Of a stretch of DNA of 64,000 nt, positions 52,301 to 64,000 are shown piece by piece. Origin of the DNA: Vicugna vicugna (Eukaryota); NCBI GenBank assembly GCA_013265495.1, contig MU058584.1, forward strand, positions 6,414,407-6,478,406, written 5' to 3'. The position numbers were made by a program, and so were the translations under genes. Numbering within the stretch: the stretch's first letter is position 1; every line of letters starts with the position of its first letter. The notes below the pieces were generated by a model. It had not been told where the DNA came from. It saw only the letters and a program-made list of their open reading frames with translations, and did not search any database.

Positions 52301-55300
52301 AATCACTTCTGCAGCTGCTCTACTGAATACTTCTGAAATATCCTGTATCTCCAGATGACAAGCACCCACATCAGAACGAGAACAGAGCCTGTGGCTGTGT
52401 CTGCATGATGCCAAACACTTGGGTAAAAACTGAAACCATTATGCCAGTGCCTTGATGATTTTCAGACACTCAGCTCTTTGGCATTGTAAAGGGAATCAAC
52501 TCAGATTTTTCAGTTTTCATTCTGATATTTGTCATTGTGTAGCTATGGTCAATGGCTAGATAAGTGCATGTTTTCACTACCCCAAAAAAGTCAAAAAAAT
52601 TTATAAATATGTAGGGAATTCAAAAGAAGTAAATTATAGAGAAGATACACAAAATAAACAGCTAACTCACGGGGCCATGGTCACCTATGTGTTCTTACTT
52701 TACACAAACACATAACACACACACATGCAAACACATACTTGAGCACCAATTTTTAAAAATCCAATTAAGCCAGATTTCCCCTCTGCCTTTTGTTATTTGA
52801 TGTGATATTATCTCAGTCTTAACCATACATACACCAGACAACTCCTACGAGAATAAAAGTTTGCAGAAGTCCATGACTTCCTTTTGTAAATCTGCAAACC
52901 ATTTTTCTTTCTATCACTTGAAATATTGTCACTGTGGTTTCAGTTATGTGCAGAGTATATTTTAAAGGCACTGCTCAAGGCCAGAATGCTCTGAGCCTTT
53001 CTGTTATTTTAGTGATCATATGGTTGCCGAAATCCAAGACAGTTTATGTGCCAAAAAAAAAAAAAATCTCAGCTTCAGTTTCTAAAATATATTTAACGGT
53101 TTCTCCGCAGAAATAAAAATTGTATGCAAAGAACGTGAGATTAATCCTCTTAAATTAATGGATCCAGAATCAAGATGATAATAACTATTTTGTGCTTTGG
53201 TAGCATAATATTTTTGCCGTCAGGCTTACCTTAATGTCTATTAATTAAGAGACGGAAAATAAGGAAATGTGTGGAAGGTGACGAAGCACTTTACAGTTGA
53301 CTTACTTAATATGGATTTTTAATGATTTTGAAAATATTTTCAAAAATAAATGGAAAAGAAAATGTTTAAACTATTTGACAGAAGCTGCTTTCAAAAGGCA
53401 TATAGCATGCTATTGACATTTTCCCCGAGCCTGGTGTTCTTTGGAAATTCTCCTGACTATAAGGCATATTCGTAAACCCCGGAGCAACAGAGACATATTT
53501 GTCACATCCAATCTTGTTGTCTTCTTAATTATTCATTTTACAGGAATAATTCCTCTTCTCATTTCCTCAATCTGTAAATGCAACTGCCTCTATGTAATAT
53601 ATACATAGTGATATTTGTTTCCAAGATATTAAATGTCACAACTTGGGTGATTTTTAGATTAGAAAGAATCAGTGTTTTTGAGACAATGCAGTTGAATGAT
53701 CTGTGCAAAGACACCCAAGTGCTTAAATAGGGTTGGAGATGTAGAGGGTTGTCTATAAAGTTATAAATGACAGTGTTTGAGAAAACACTTGAAATGGGCA
53801 CTAAGAAACCGTATAATTAAATAAAAACGGGAAGCCTTTGAACATGTCCAGATTAGTGTAAATGGCTTCACAGACACAGATTCCGTGTTTTCACTTTAGT
53901 AGCAATAAGATACTTTGTTTATGTACATTCACTTTAAAACCCAACTTAAAAAGCATGGCATATATGGCATTTATGCACATGTTTACCATGTATTTAAAGA
54001 CAGATTTTAATGAGTCATGGCTGGAAATCCATAGAGGTTTCCATGTCAACACTGGTCCTATTATAGAAAATATTTTCCTTTCTCTATTTCATGTCTAAAA
54101 ATGCGAAATGTTTGGACAGTGTGGAGGATAAGAGGGAAGAAGTGTCTTAAATAAATACATGGAATCTGAGGGTGTTCTTTCTTTCTTCTTTTCTTTTCTT
54201 TCTTCCTATTGAGAACAAGAATTAAATAGATGAGCAGATTAGAGGAGAAATTTTACAGAAACTGAGATGTAGGATGTAATGTCGCTGCAGTGATAATGTG
54301 TAGACACTGTTAGCTCTGTGTTCCTCTATTGCTTTTGGACATTTAGAATGTCCTGAGCATATTTGCTGGGTCAGGGACACTTTTGAAAATCATTGTCTAT
54401 TTTTCAAACCTTCAAATTTTAGTGCTCTGTAATTTTGAACAAGGAAATTTAAAGGGATTGCAAACCAAATATTATTATAGAAAACAAACATGTGAAAAAC
54501 AAAGTCAGCCAGAGAGGAAGAAAGGAAGGAGATATAAAATGAGAATAATAGGATGGAAACAGAGGGAGAAATCATTTGTGGGGAGAGCAGAGAGGACAAA
54601 GTTAACATCGGAATTGAAAGGGTCTGGTAAAAGAACAGAACATAAACCTAAAAATAGAGAAGCAGAGTAAATATCGCAAAATGCCCTTAACAAACCCCAG
54701 TTCTGCAGGGTTTTCAGCTGCCACACAAAAGTGTATTTTTTGAGAAAATTGGTTACAGCAGTTACCGCGCCTTCGAACAGCAGCAAGTAGAAATAAGGCA
54801 GGCCGTCTGGAGGGGCTCTCCACAGAGCCGCGGTCCCTACCTTTTCAATCCCTGCCCCGCTCTCCTGCGCCCAAACCATATGGAATCCATCTCATTCAAG
54901 GACATGGACGAGAAGAGGGGCTTCGGGAAACCAGCGCTGCTGCTGGCTGTTTTAACGGCATGCCACAGGAAAGTTTTATTTCCAATTGATTGGTTACAAA
55001 TCAGATAAATATCGCTTCTAATGAAAGCAGCTTTGAACTGCTGGAAATGTTATCAATAGGAGTCTGGGGTTTATCAAAAGTCAAATGTAGCTTTAATCAC
55101 ATCAACATGCTAATTACAGGCAAACAATAAAAGCTTTAAGAAATGGTTGGGCGGGTTTTATTACTATTGACAGTCACTGAGGTATATTTATTTCGGGAGG
55201 TAATTGTCAGAAGACTTTCTCCAGAAAGACTTGTTTGTATAATTAAGTGCGTGTTATGCTAGCTTATCTGCTGATCAGCTGCTGCTAGCTTCGTAGCTCC

Positions 55301-57404
55301 CCCAACGACTCAGAACACAGAAGCAATTAAAAAAGAAAGGCTCAAGGAGATGGTTTTTCAGTAGTTCGTTTGTGAAGGAGGGAAAAAAATATTAAGACCC
55401 AATGTACTCTGAAACAAACAGAATGTACTAGAGTGGGAAATGTGATCAGTCACTTAAAAATAAATGGATAAAACAGTAAAGGTAAGTTGAAAACTCTTCA
55501 CATTCAGGGATGTAAGAATCAGGAAAGACAAGAATGGAACGAGTACATTTTCATTTAGAGGAGACACTGAGAGGGGAGCAGAAATTTTCCCTTTTGCATA
55601 CAGAATGCCATTCAATGAAATGGGGTATTCCAGCCTGAAAATATATGTGATGAGAATGAAACAAAATGGAAGATAACAATAAATGGCTACAATAGATCCC
55701 AGCATCACTGGTTTTATTATTTTATTGTGGATTTATTACATATTTCCCCAAAGTGACTAATTTACAAGTAAGAGTCTAAACTCTCGATAACATCATTTCA
55801 AGCCTGCTAGACACACACGCTTTTTCATCCAAATAAACAACAAAGGCAGATTTACAGTTGCTGCCCTGAGCATTTTTTTTTAAGGCAAGGACACCTGAAA
55901 CATATTTTTAAAAAAAATTTCCATCTTATTTTTAATGACAAACTGACTGCATTGTGACTGGACTCACAGAGGAAAAAAAAAATAAACCTTTCAGACTATA
56001 AACTATTTTTGTGCCATAAAGAATCATTCAAGTCTAAAAGGGTAAAACCCTAATTTAAAAAATATCATTATTATATCAAAAGGTGTTGGACTGGATTTAA
56101 TTCTTTCCATTCCCAAATATTGGCCTCAGTTCAGTTTCCATTTCATTCAAAGCAATTAAAAATGTGGCAAATCCTTGATCAATTTTTTACCCTTAAACAG
56201 GGTCAGTTCTGAAGTTGTTGTCACATTTTAATGGGTTCAGAGTCAGTTTATGCAAGAGACAATCAAATGTTTGCTTTTAAAAGCCCTATAAAAAGTAAGA
56301 GCTTTTAACCTTTTGAATGCATTAATAAAATGCTAATGACATCATGGCCAAGACCACATTTGGAGGTTCCCCAAAATTCCAAATGACCGTTGTGAAAAGA
56401 AAACAGAATTTTAATCAAATGATCTGTTATTTTAATGGCCACTTACAAAACAGGAGATTTATTGAGAAGCATAAAGTTTGTTTGCATGAGTGAAGGCAAA
56501 GCTTTTAAGAATTACCTTCTTCTGGGTTTTTCCCTCCAGTTCCTTGCAACATAATACTACCAAATATTTGTGAATTGTGACTCAAGTCTGCCGTCTTATT
56601 TCTAGCAGAAAATAAAAGGGAGGCTGGAGAGCAAAAAAAAAAAGTGGTGCCAATTTGTCTGCCCAAGCTCTGATTATTGGATGCAGAATTTTTTTTTTTT
56701 TCTTTCAGGGGAGAAGGATTTGGTGGGAATGTTTCTCCCTTCAGGGTGAGATATCTGATATCCATCCTGAGACCAATCATAAGGCCAAACTTTCATGCAA
56801 AACTGCACAAGGGAAAAAAATTAAGTCTTTGGGTAAAATTCTCATCTAAATTTGCACCAGATCCCTAGTTTCCGCTGGGCAATTATGGCTCTTCTTACCA
56901 TTTCTGATTGCAAAACACATTGAGATTTTTTTTTTAAGTTATTTCTTGTGACTTGAGAAACTTCGATCCCTCCCCCCCCAGCCCTTCATCCCCTCTTTTG
57001 AATCTCTGTTCCTCATTTCTGCCTCCCCTGTCTAGAAGTGCTATCCAGTGACCCCTGGTGCTGATTAAAGTTTCTCGGGTGACCCCTGAATGCATTTTAT
57101 TACACTGGCTGGTCATAAAACCTGCTTAAACTGCTGGCTTATCCAAACTCCTACCTCTTCTGTGGAAAGCCCCACAGTCAGTCCAACCTCAGGCAGGGAA
57201 AGTACAAACAAGCAAACCGAGGAAGGCAGAGAAGGCTTGAACAGAGACTTTGTCAATACCAAGGAGCCGTCCGGCAGAGGAGAGGGAAAATCTTAGAATG
57301 AAGACAGATGCTCGCAAGGGTGCTGGAGGAAATCAACTTAACACTAGTGTAGGTAGGACATGGAGAAGCAGAAACATAAGGGAAGAGGAAAAAAATTAAA
57401 ACCT

Positions 57405-57459
57405 TTCTCTCTTTCTTCCTTCCTTCCTTCCTTCTTTCTTCCTTCCTTCCTTCCTTCCT

Positions 57460-57535
<76 letters not shown>

Positions 57536-57568
57536 TCCTTCTTTCTTTCTCTTTCTTTCTTTCTTTTC
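57405..57568. repeat. Compound (TTCC)n/(TTTC)n microsatellite
   Basis: Directly visible pure pyrimidine tract; explains the KERK and FFLS low-complexity ORFs. Confidence 0.95.
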
Positions 57569-58036
57569 CCTTAAAATCATGTTGCAACACTGAAATAGCT
57601 TACAAGGTGGAAGGCAAGCATCACCAACACCAACACCAACACCAACAGCATCAGGCATCTCTGGAAACAACATACTCCTAAAACAGATCCCAGGAAAACA
57701 TTTACTCAGCTTCTGGAAGCAACACAAGGTGGTCAGAAGTCTTTGTATATTTATGTATTTACTACGTCGAGGTAAAAATATTTTATTATTATATTTACAT
57801 GGCTCAGGAGAAACCAACTTACAGTTAGGCTCAGTTTAGCTGTTTATTTTCCTGGGCAGCTGAAGGGAGGCAAAATCTATAATACTCGCAGTCCTGCCTG
57901 GCTGGAATTTCTGCGGCAGGAATAAGGCACGCGGTGCTTGTTGGAGAGGCCAGAGAGCTCAGCATCTGAAAGGAGAATGGTGTGGTTGGGAAGCGAAACC
58001 TACCAAGCCTTGGGCTTTCTCTGGTACTAAAACTGA

Positions 58037-58037
<1 letters not shown>

Positions 58038-58072
<35 letters not shown>
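58038..58072. repeat. (GT)n microsatellite
   Basis: Directly visible. Confidence 0.95.
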
Positions 58073-58074
<2 letters not shown>

Positions 58075-59069
58075 CAAATCCAATTGAGCATTTGGAAATA
58101 AAAAGTGTTTTCAATTTCATTCTCATGTGCAAAATCTGAAAATAAATCGGTAAGGTTGGTCCTCATCCTTGAGTCGGAGTGGGAGGATACAGTCTGGAAT
58201 TTTGCTGAGAGAAGACCATCTCTTCCAGTTCTGGAGGTAAGGTGCTCCCTGTTGCCTTGCGGACAGTGGGACAAAGATCTGACACACACAGTCAGCCTCT
58301 GGCAGCTGCCTGGCCAAGTGCAGTGGAGGTCCATGGAGGCAGAAGAATACACTTTTCCTAGGGCTCAGGTTCCCATTTCAGTGACACTGAAGGTGGATCA
58401 GGTCCAGACTCTACTCAGAGCCCTTGACTCCTCATGTCCAGATGGCAGGTTCCCAAATTGCCGGGCAGGTTTTCAATACTGCCATAGTCTATATAGCTTT
58501 GGTCATTTTCACACTAGCTAGAGTCCTTAGTAAGGTAAAATCAAGGGCCCAAAGTGAATCATTAATGACTATTTAATTGGCATCTTGTGATTAAAAAGTG
58601 ATTTGTGATAGTTACTCTTGAAATCATTTCCATTGTTCATGATTTTTTTTAACTCTTAGAAAATGCATTTCATTATTTTCCCTTTTGTTCAAACCAAGAA
58701 ATACAAAATAACCGTGAATCCAACTCTACTATAGACCAGAAATGGTCCGTTTCACCTGTTTGTACTTTTCATGTAGTCACTACACAAAAGTCAAGCATTT
58801 CCTCAAAGATACTGTCAGTGGAAGCTGGTGACTTTGTCAATACCTAGAAAGAACTGTTGAGTTATGCTTCATTTATTTCAGTCTTCGTCTAATTTAATTC
58901 ACTCAGAAATTCTTCATAGCAAATGATAAATCTGATAACCAATGGCATTCAGGAACCATTTTTTATTTTTTACATGCAGCCCGCATGACACCTGGAGAAG
59001 AGTTTGATACATTGCTGTTGACTGCATATCTGCTAGGCTTGGCGATTTCCACATGTAAATACTTTCCTT

Positions 59070-59215
59070 CTTACTACAACTGTATGCAGTTAATATAATT
59101 ATTCCCAGTTTGTAGATGAGGAAACCAGGGCTTAGAGAAGTTAGATGATTGCCCAAGTTCCCGTAACCAGTAAGTCATAGTGTCAGGAATGTCATCTTGA
59201 ACAATCTGACCTTCT
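59070..59215 (-). mobile_element. MIR SINE fragment
   Basis: attattcccagtttgtagatgaggaaaccagggcttagagaagttagatgattgcccaag, the MIR core. Confidence 0.7.
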
Positions 59216-61314
59216 GCATTTGAGTTCCACCTAATTCACTCCTTAAGCAGCATCTCTGAATCAACTTTGCTGAGACCCAGAGTACAGAAAGAGAAGAGCT
59301 CAGACACAAGCAAATGTACATTTGGTTGCTTGTCTTATTTTACTCAGTGTGTTGAGTCCAGAATATATATTCAGCCACAACTCAAGGATATTTCTTTCAT
59401 GAAAACTTCCTGAGTAAACTAGCATACTCTCTACTTGATAAATCTATTTTCTCACCCTTCCTTTTCTCAGTGGAGTCTAACTTTCTTTTAAATTCTATAT
59501 ATTTTACTTGGTTACATATAGTATGTCTTCTTAAAGAAAGTGATACACTTTTCTTTAACTGGTGGAGAGACTAGAAGTTTTAAAAAAAAATAAAGCTTGT
59601 TCCATGCCTTCAGATAGAGGCTCTAAGATAGGAAAGTGGGTGTCAGCTGTGTTAAAATACTAGATAGTCTGGAGTTCAGGTTGAAGCAGGGACACAGAGG
59701 AGGGTAGACAGGTCAAGGTGGTAGTCAGCTTTCATGTATTTGATCGAAAAAATGGAGAATAAAGTGGTGGAATGACAGAGTCTAGGAAGCTAAGATATAA
59801 AAATGACCCAGTAAACACATTTCTTGGACTCTAGCCTAGGGGAAAAAAAGAGTATGAGGGAAAATTTATGTACAGGAAGGTAGTCACAATAGTAACATTT
59901 TCAAAAAATTGGAGCTAGCCCAAATTGGGAAAATAAATAATTAAATGTTGACACGCACACTGTGAAATATTATTACAACTACTAAAAATGATAATATAAA
60001 GTGAATAAATTGTAAGTGTCATTACATTATTTCTGCTCCAGGTAAGATGTATATGCAGACAAATAAAGACAGGAAAAAATGCATAGAAACTTTCAAAATT
60101 ACTTTAACAGGAGTATTGGGTTAGAAATTTTTTCCCACAGTTGTCCAGAGCTTCTATAGCATTGCTATACAATACATTACATACAGTATAATAAACAATA
60201 ATCCAATAATCTATTTATCATACATCCATGGTGACAAGCAGTTATGTGCATAGGAACATTTGGGATTTTTCTCTGTAGAAAAATAGCTCCATTATTTTCA
60301 AAGGACATTTAATTTATGTAAATGAATGTGTATTTATAGAAATTAAAAAATTGATCATGTTTATACATTTTAAAGTGGTCTTCTTAGTTTCCTCTTTTTC
60401 TTGACTCCTCCCTCCGCTTTCTTCTGCCCTCTTCTATTCCCCACCCCAATAATCTAAAAAGTATCCACCACTGAAATCCCAGTGACTTAATACAATAAAA
60501 ATTTGTCACTTATTTCAAATCTGATGAAAGTAAGGTGGGCCTCTTCCAACTTGTAGCTATACCATCTGGAACACATGACTTTCAAGATCACTATACAAGA
60601 AAAGTTTTTAAAACTATTTTGGCCTAAAAGTGACACACAAATTCTACGCACAGACCATTCGCTGAATTAGTCACATAGCCCCAGCTAAAGTGTAAAAGAG
60701 GCTGCAGAATTAAAAGCAGCTCATGGAGTATATAGTGGGCACTGTCATAGTGACAAATCGCCCCCTTTCTCCTTCCTTCTCACAGGCAATGTCTTCCCAA
60801 AAGAGACAACCCAAAGTCCTATGCAGGTGCTGTCTCCATCTCAGAGTCCAAGGTGTAGATTAGTACCTTCATCAAGACTGGAAAACTTGGAACTAAATGC
60901 CCAAGTTATCTTTACACCTCCTCCACTCCCACCCCCTGCCCCAGATCTCAATAAATAGTGCTGGAACAAAACAGTAAGCACACCCATTCTGAAGGGGAAG
61001 AATGCAAGATACATAACAGTTTCCAGTCCATAACAATTCTGAAGTCCTCTGGGCAGGCAACATAGAGGCCTTGTAGCTGGCATGGGGATGTGTATGGGAC
61101 AGCACCTTGATCTGTCCCCAGTTCTGCTCTCTGAAAGAATCTTCTCTGTCCACTGTTCTCAATAAACTTTGTCGTCCCATCTGGAAGTTCTTTTTTGAAC
61201 ATCCTCCTTGTGCACATCTGAAAAAGTCATTTAGGGAATATACTGTCTTTGGAACTATACACCTTTCTCAGTCCACTTTCTGATTGCAGTAGTTTGAGGC
61301 TCCAAGTTCTTTTC

Positions 61315-63240
61315 TTTTTTTTTAAAAACAGATTTATTGCTATATAAGTTGCCCATATTTAACATATAATTTGATAGGTTTTGGCATATGTATTCACTGA
61401 GAAACCATCATAGTCAGAAAACATATCCATCACAGATAAAAACTTCCTTAAGCTCCTTAAGATACTTCTCCACATCCCCTTTCTGCCCACCTCATCCTTA
61501 GGCATAACTGATTTGCTTTCTGGATCATTTCATTTTCTAGAATTTTAAATACATGGACTCATACAGAGTGTGTTTTCTTTTTTTTTTAGTCTGGCTTCTT
61601 TCTCTCAGCGTGATGATTTTGAGATTCATCCATGCTGTATAGCATGCACGGACACCTCATTCTTATTATTGCTAGGTAGTATTTCATTATATGAATATGC
61701 CACAATTTGTTTATCTATTCACCTATTAATAGATATTTGGGTTGTTGCTAGTTTTCAAATACCACCAATGCTGCTGCTATGATACTCAAGAATAAGTCTT
61801 TGTATGAGAATATGAATTTATTTGTCCTACTTAAATACCTGGGGATAGAATGGCTAGGTCATATGGTTGCTGTATCTTAAGTTTTAAAAATCTCACCAAA
61901 CTGTTTTCCAATGTAATTGTACCACTGTACATTTTCACCATCAGTGTATGAGAGTTACTATTTCCCCTCATCCACAACCCTTGGTATGGTCAGTCTTTCT
62001 ACTTCAAGCATTCTGATAGGTGTGTAGCATTATCTTCTTGTGGTTTGGACTTACAGTTCACTAATCACTAATGACTCTGGACTTTGTTTTGTGTACTTAT
62101 TTGCCATTAGCATCTCTCCTTTGGTGAAATGTGAATTATTTCACCAAATAACTGGCCTTTTTTGATTGGGGTGTTTGTTTATTTATTGAATTTTGAGAGT
62201 TCTTTCTATATCCTGAATATAAATCCTTTATCAGATATATGATTTTCAGTCATTTTCACTCACCAGAGGCTTGTCTTTTTATGTTCTTAATAGTATCTTT
62301 CAAAGAGCAGAAATTCTTAATTTTGATGGAGTCTAATTTATCAGTTTTTTTCTTTTGTGGATCAGGCTTTTGATGTTATATGTAATAAATCTTTTCCTAA
62401 CTGCTTTCATAGTCTTGCCTACTAATTCTGTCATCTGTATTACTTATGATTTGATTCTGATTAGTTGGTTTTTTCGTATTATAAGCCGTTATTGGTTGCA
62501 TGCTTGATAACTTTTGATTGGATGCCAGACATTATATGACTTTGTTGATGCCTGGGGAGTTTTTTGTTTGTTTGTTTTCCTGTAAATATTTTTGAGCTTT
62601 ATTCTAGGACATTGTTAAATTATTTGGGAACAGTTTGATCCTCTGGATCTTGCTATTAAACTTTGTTAGATTAGGACATAGCAGCATTGAGTCAGGGACT
62701 AATTTTTCCTTTCTCTGAGGCAAAAATCCTTCTCAGTACTCTAATCAAAGCCCCAGACATTAGAAGTTTTTGCACTCTGGCTGGCCGGATTGTTCCCTCT
62801 AATCCTTTCAGTGCTTTTTCCCTTCAGTCTTGGGTATTTCATTACATGCATGTGCTGACCATTACTTAGTTGACTATTTGAGAAGAACTCTCTGCAGATG
62901 CCTAGAATTTTCTCTCTGTGCCGCTCTCTTCTCTCTGGTACTCTGCCTGCAAAATCTGGCCATGTTTCACCAGTCAGGCTCTCATCTCTGTCTCCCCAAC
63001 TCAGGGAATTCTGCCGTGCTGCATCTGTACCCCCCCATCTGTGCCCTGAATGGGAACCTTTTCTGGGCTGTAAACTAGAACAATTGTAGGGCTCACCTTC
63101 TTTAGTCTCCCATCTCTCAGAGATAATTTTTCTTCGTTGCCTCATGCCTGATGTCTTGAAAATCAATTTTTCATTTATTTTCTTGGTTTCTTATCTATTT
63201 TATGAGAGATGGTAATTTATTTTGATGGGAAGTAGAAGTC
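61315..63240 (-). mobile_element. Old LINE-1 fragments within a degraded LTR/ERVL-MaLR region
   Basis: T-rich end near 61315, then antisense L1 3' text (tttgagattcatccatgctgtatagc; ccaaactgttttccaa; ttttgagagttctttctatatcctgaata). Flanks 60440-61310 and 63240-64000 look LTR-derived. Confidence 0.7.
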
Positions 63241-64000
63241 TCTGTACCTTGAACAAAACCTCACAGAGGCCTAAGCTACTGGTTTCTTTGGCAATGTAGT
63301 TCCTGAAAATCTTGGTTGGCTTAACACTGAAAAAATGTAATAGGCTTCTCATCTACTTGCTCAGTTCCATGTGCCAGTAACCACACCCTAAATCTTTTGG
63401 AGGCATAGTTTTCAGATCTGCTTTATGTCTTTGCTGTCTTATCTCTACACTTGTCTTCCTCTTAGTAACAGCCACCTGAAGGCTTTCAGGCTTGAAAGTG
63501 AGAAATCTAATTGTGATCACTTTTGCCAATAAGAAGGTTTTATGGGACATTTACCCTTAATTTTTTGTTACTATTTTATACTCTTTGAGATTGATAAGCA
63601 GTCGGTTTTTCCAATCCTATATGATCCCAAATTTTTCATCTCTGTAATCCTTCTAACTTCTGCTTGAAAACTGGCCAATTTTTTTTCTGAGTTCATCACT
63701 TTCTTACAAGATTTTGATGAAAGCAATCAGCAATAGCCACTATTTATTGCTAATTGTTGTCTTTTCTAATCTCTTCCGCTGTGCCTGTGGGCTGGCCCAA
63801 TGCTGCAAGTGATGCTTTTTACCTTTTCTTTTTTTTTCCTTGGGGCCGGGGGAGTGGGGCACTGAATAATGTCAGTTTCTATCCTTCTTTCCTCTGATGT
63901 CAATTTCCTCACTGCCTGCTTCACACTAATACAAAGCATGTATTTTAGATTTTTAATTACAGCAGTATCTCATTTCAAAATATTAATCTCTGGATTAGGA

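Noticed and set aside
57344..57817. 157-aa Lys/Glu/Arg-rich ORF
   Set aside because: Translation of the (TTTC)n microsatellite.

Overview
Mammalian genomic DNA, most likely a camelid: two tRNA-Ala-derived SINEs resemble the camelid Vic-1 type. The window holds one complete protein-coding gene, GORAB (golgin, RAB6-interacting; SCYL1BP1), on the + strand. It has a CpG-island promoter near 5.75-6.2 kb and five coding exons (6015-6075, 13232-13580, 15803-15904, 18672-18812, 24589-25048) that splice in frame to 370 aa. The rest is intronic and intergenic DNA rich in L1, L2/MIR, MaLR/ERV solo LTRs, DNA-transposon relics and microsatellites. A repeat-poor block at about 49-57 kb looks like regulatory sequence; in human the next gene in this direction is PRRX1. 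I see no evidence of a new multi-gene system. The best leads are a small MITE-like insertion with target-site duplication nested in an MLT1A LTR, several isoform/translation-control features of GORAB, a sharp GC3 spike in exon 5, and two related ERV1-type solo LTRs flanking the gene in opposite orientation. Repeat family names and human comparisons are from memory, not from searches.
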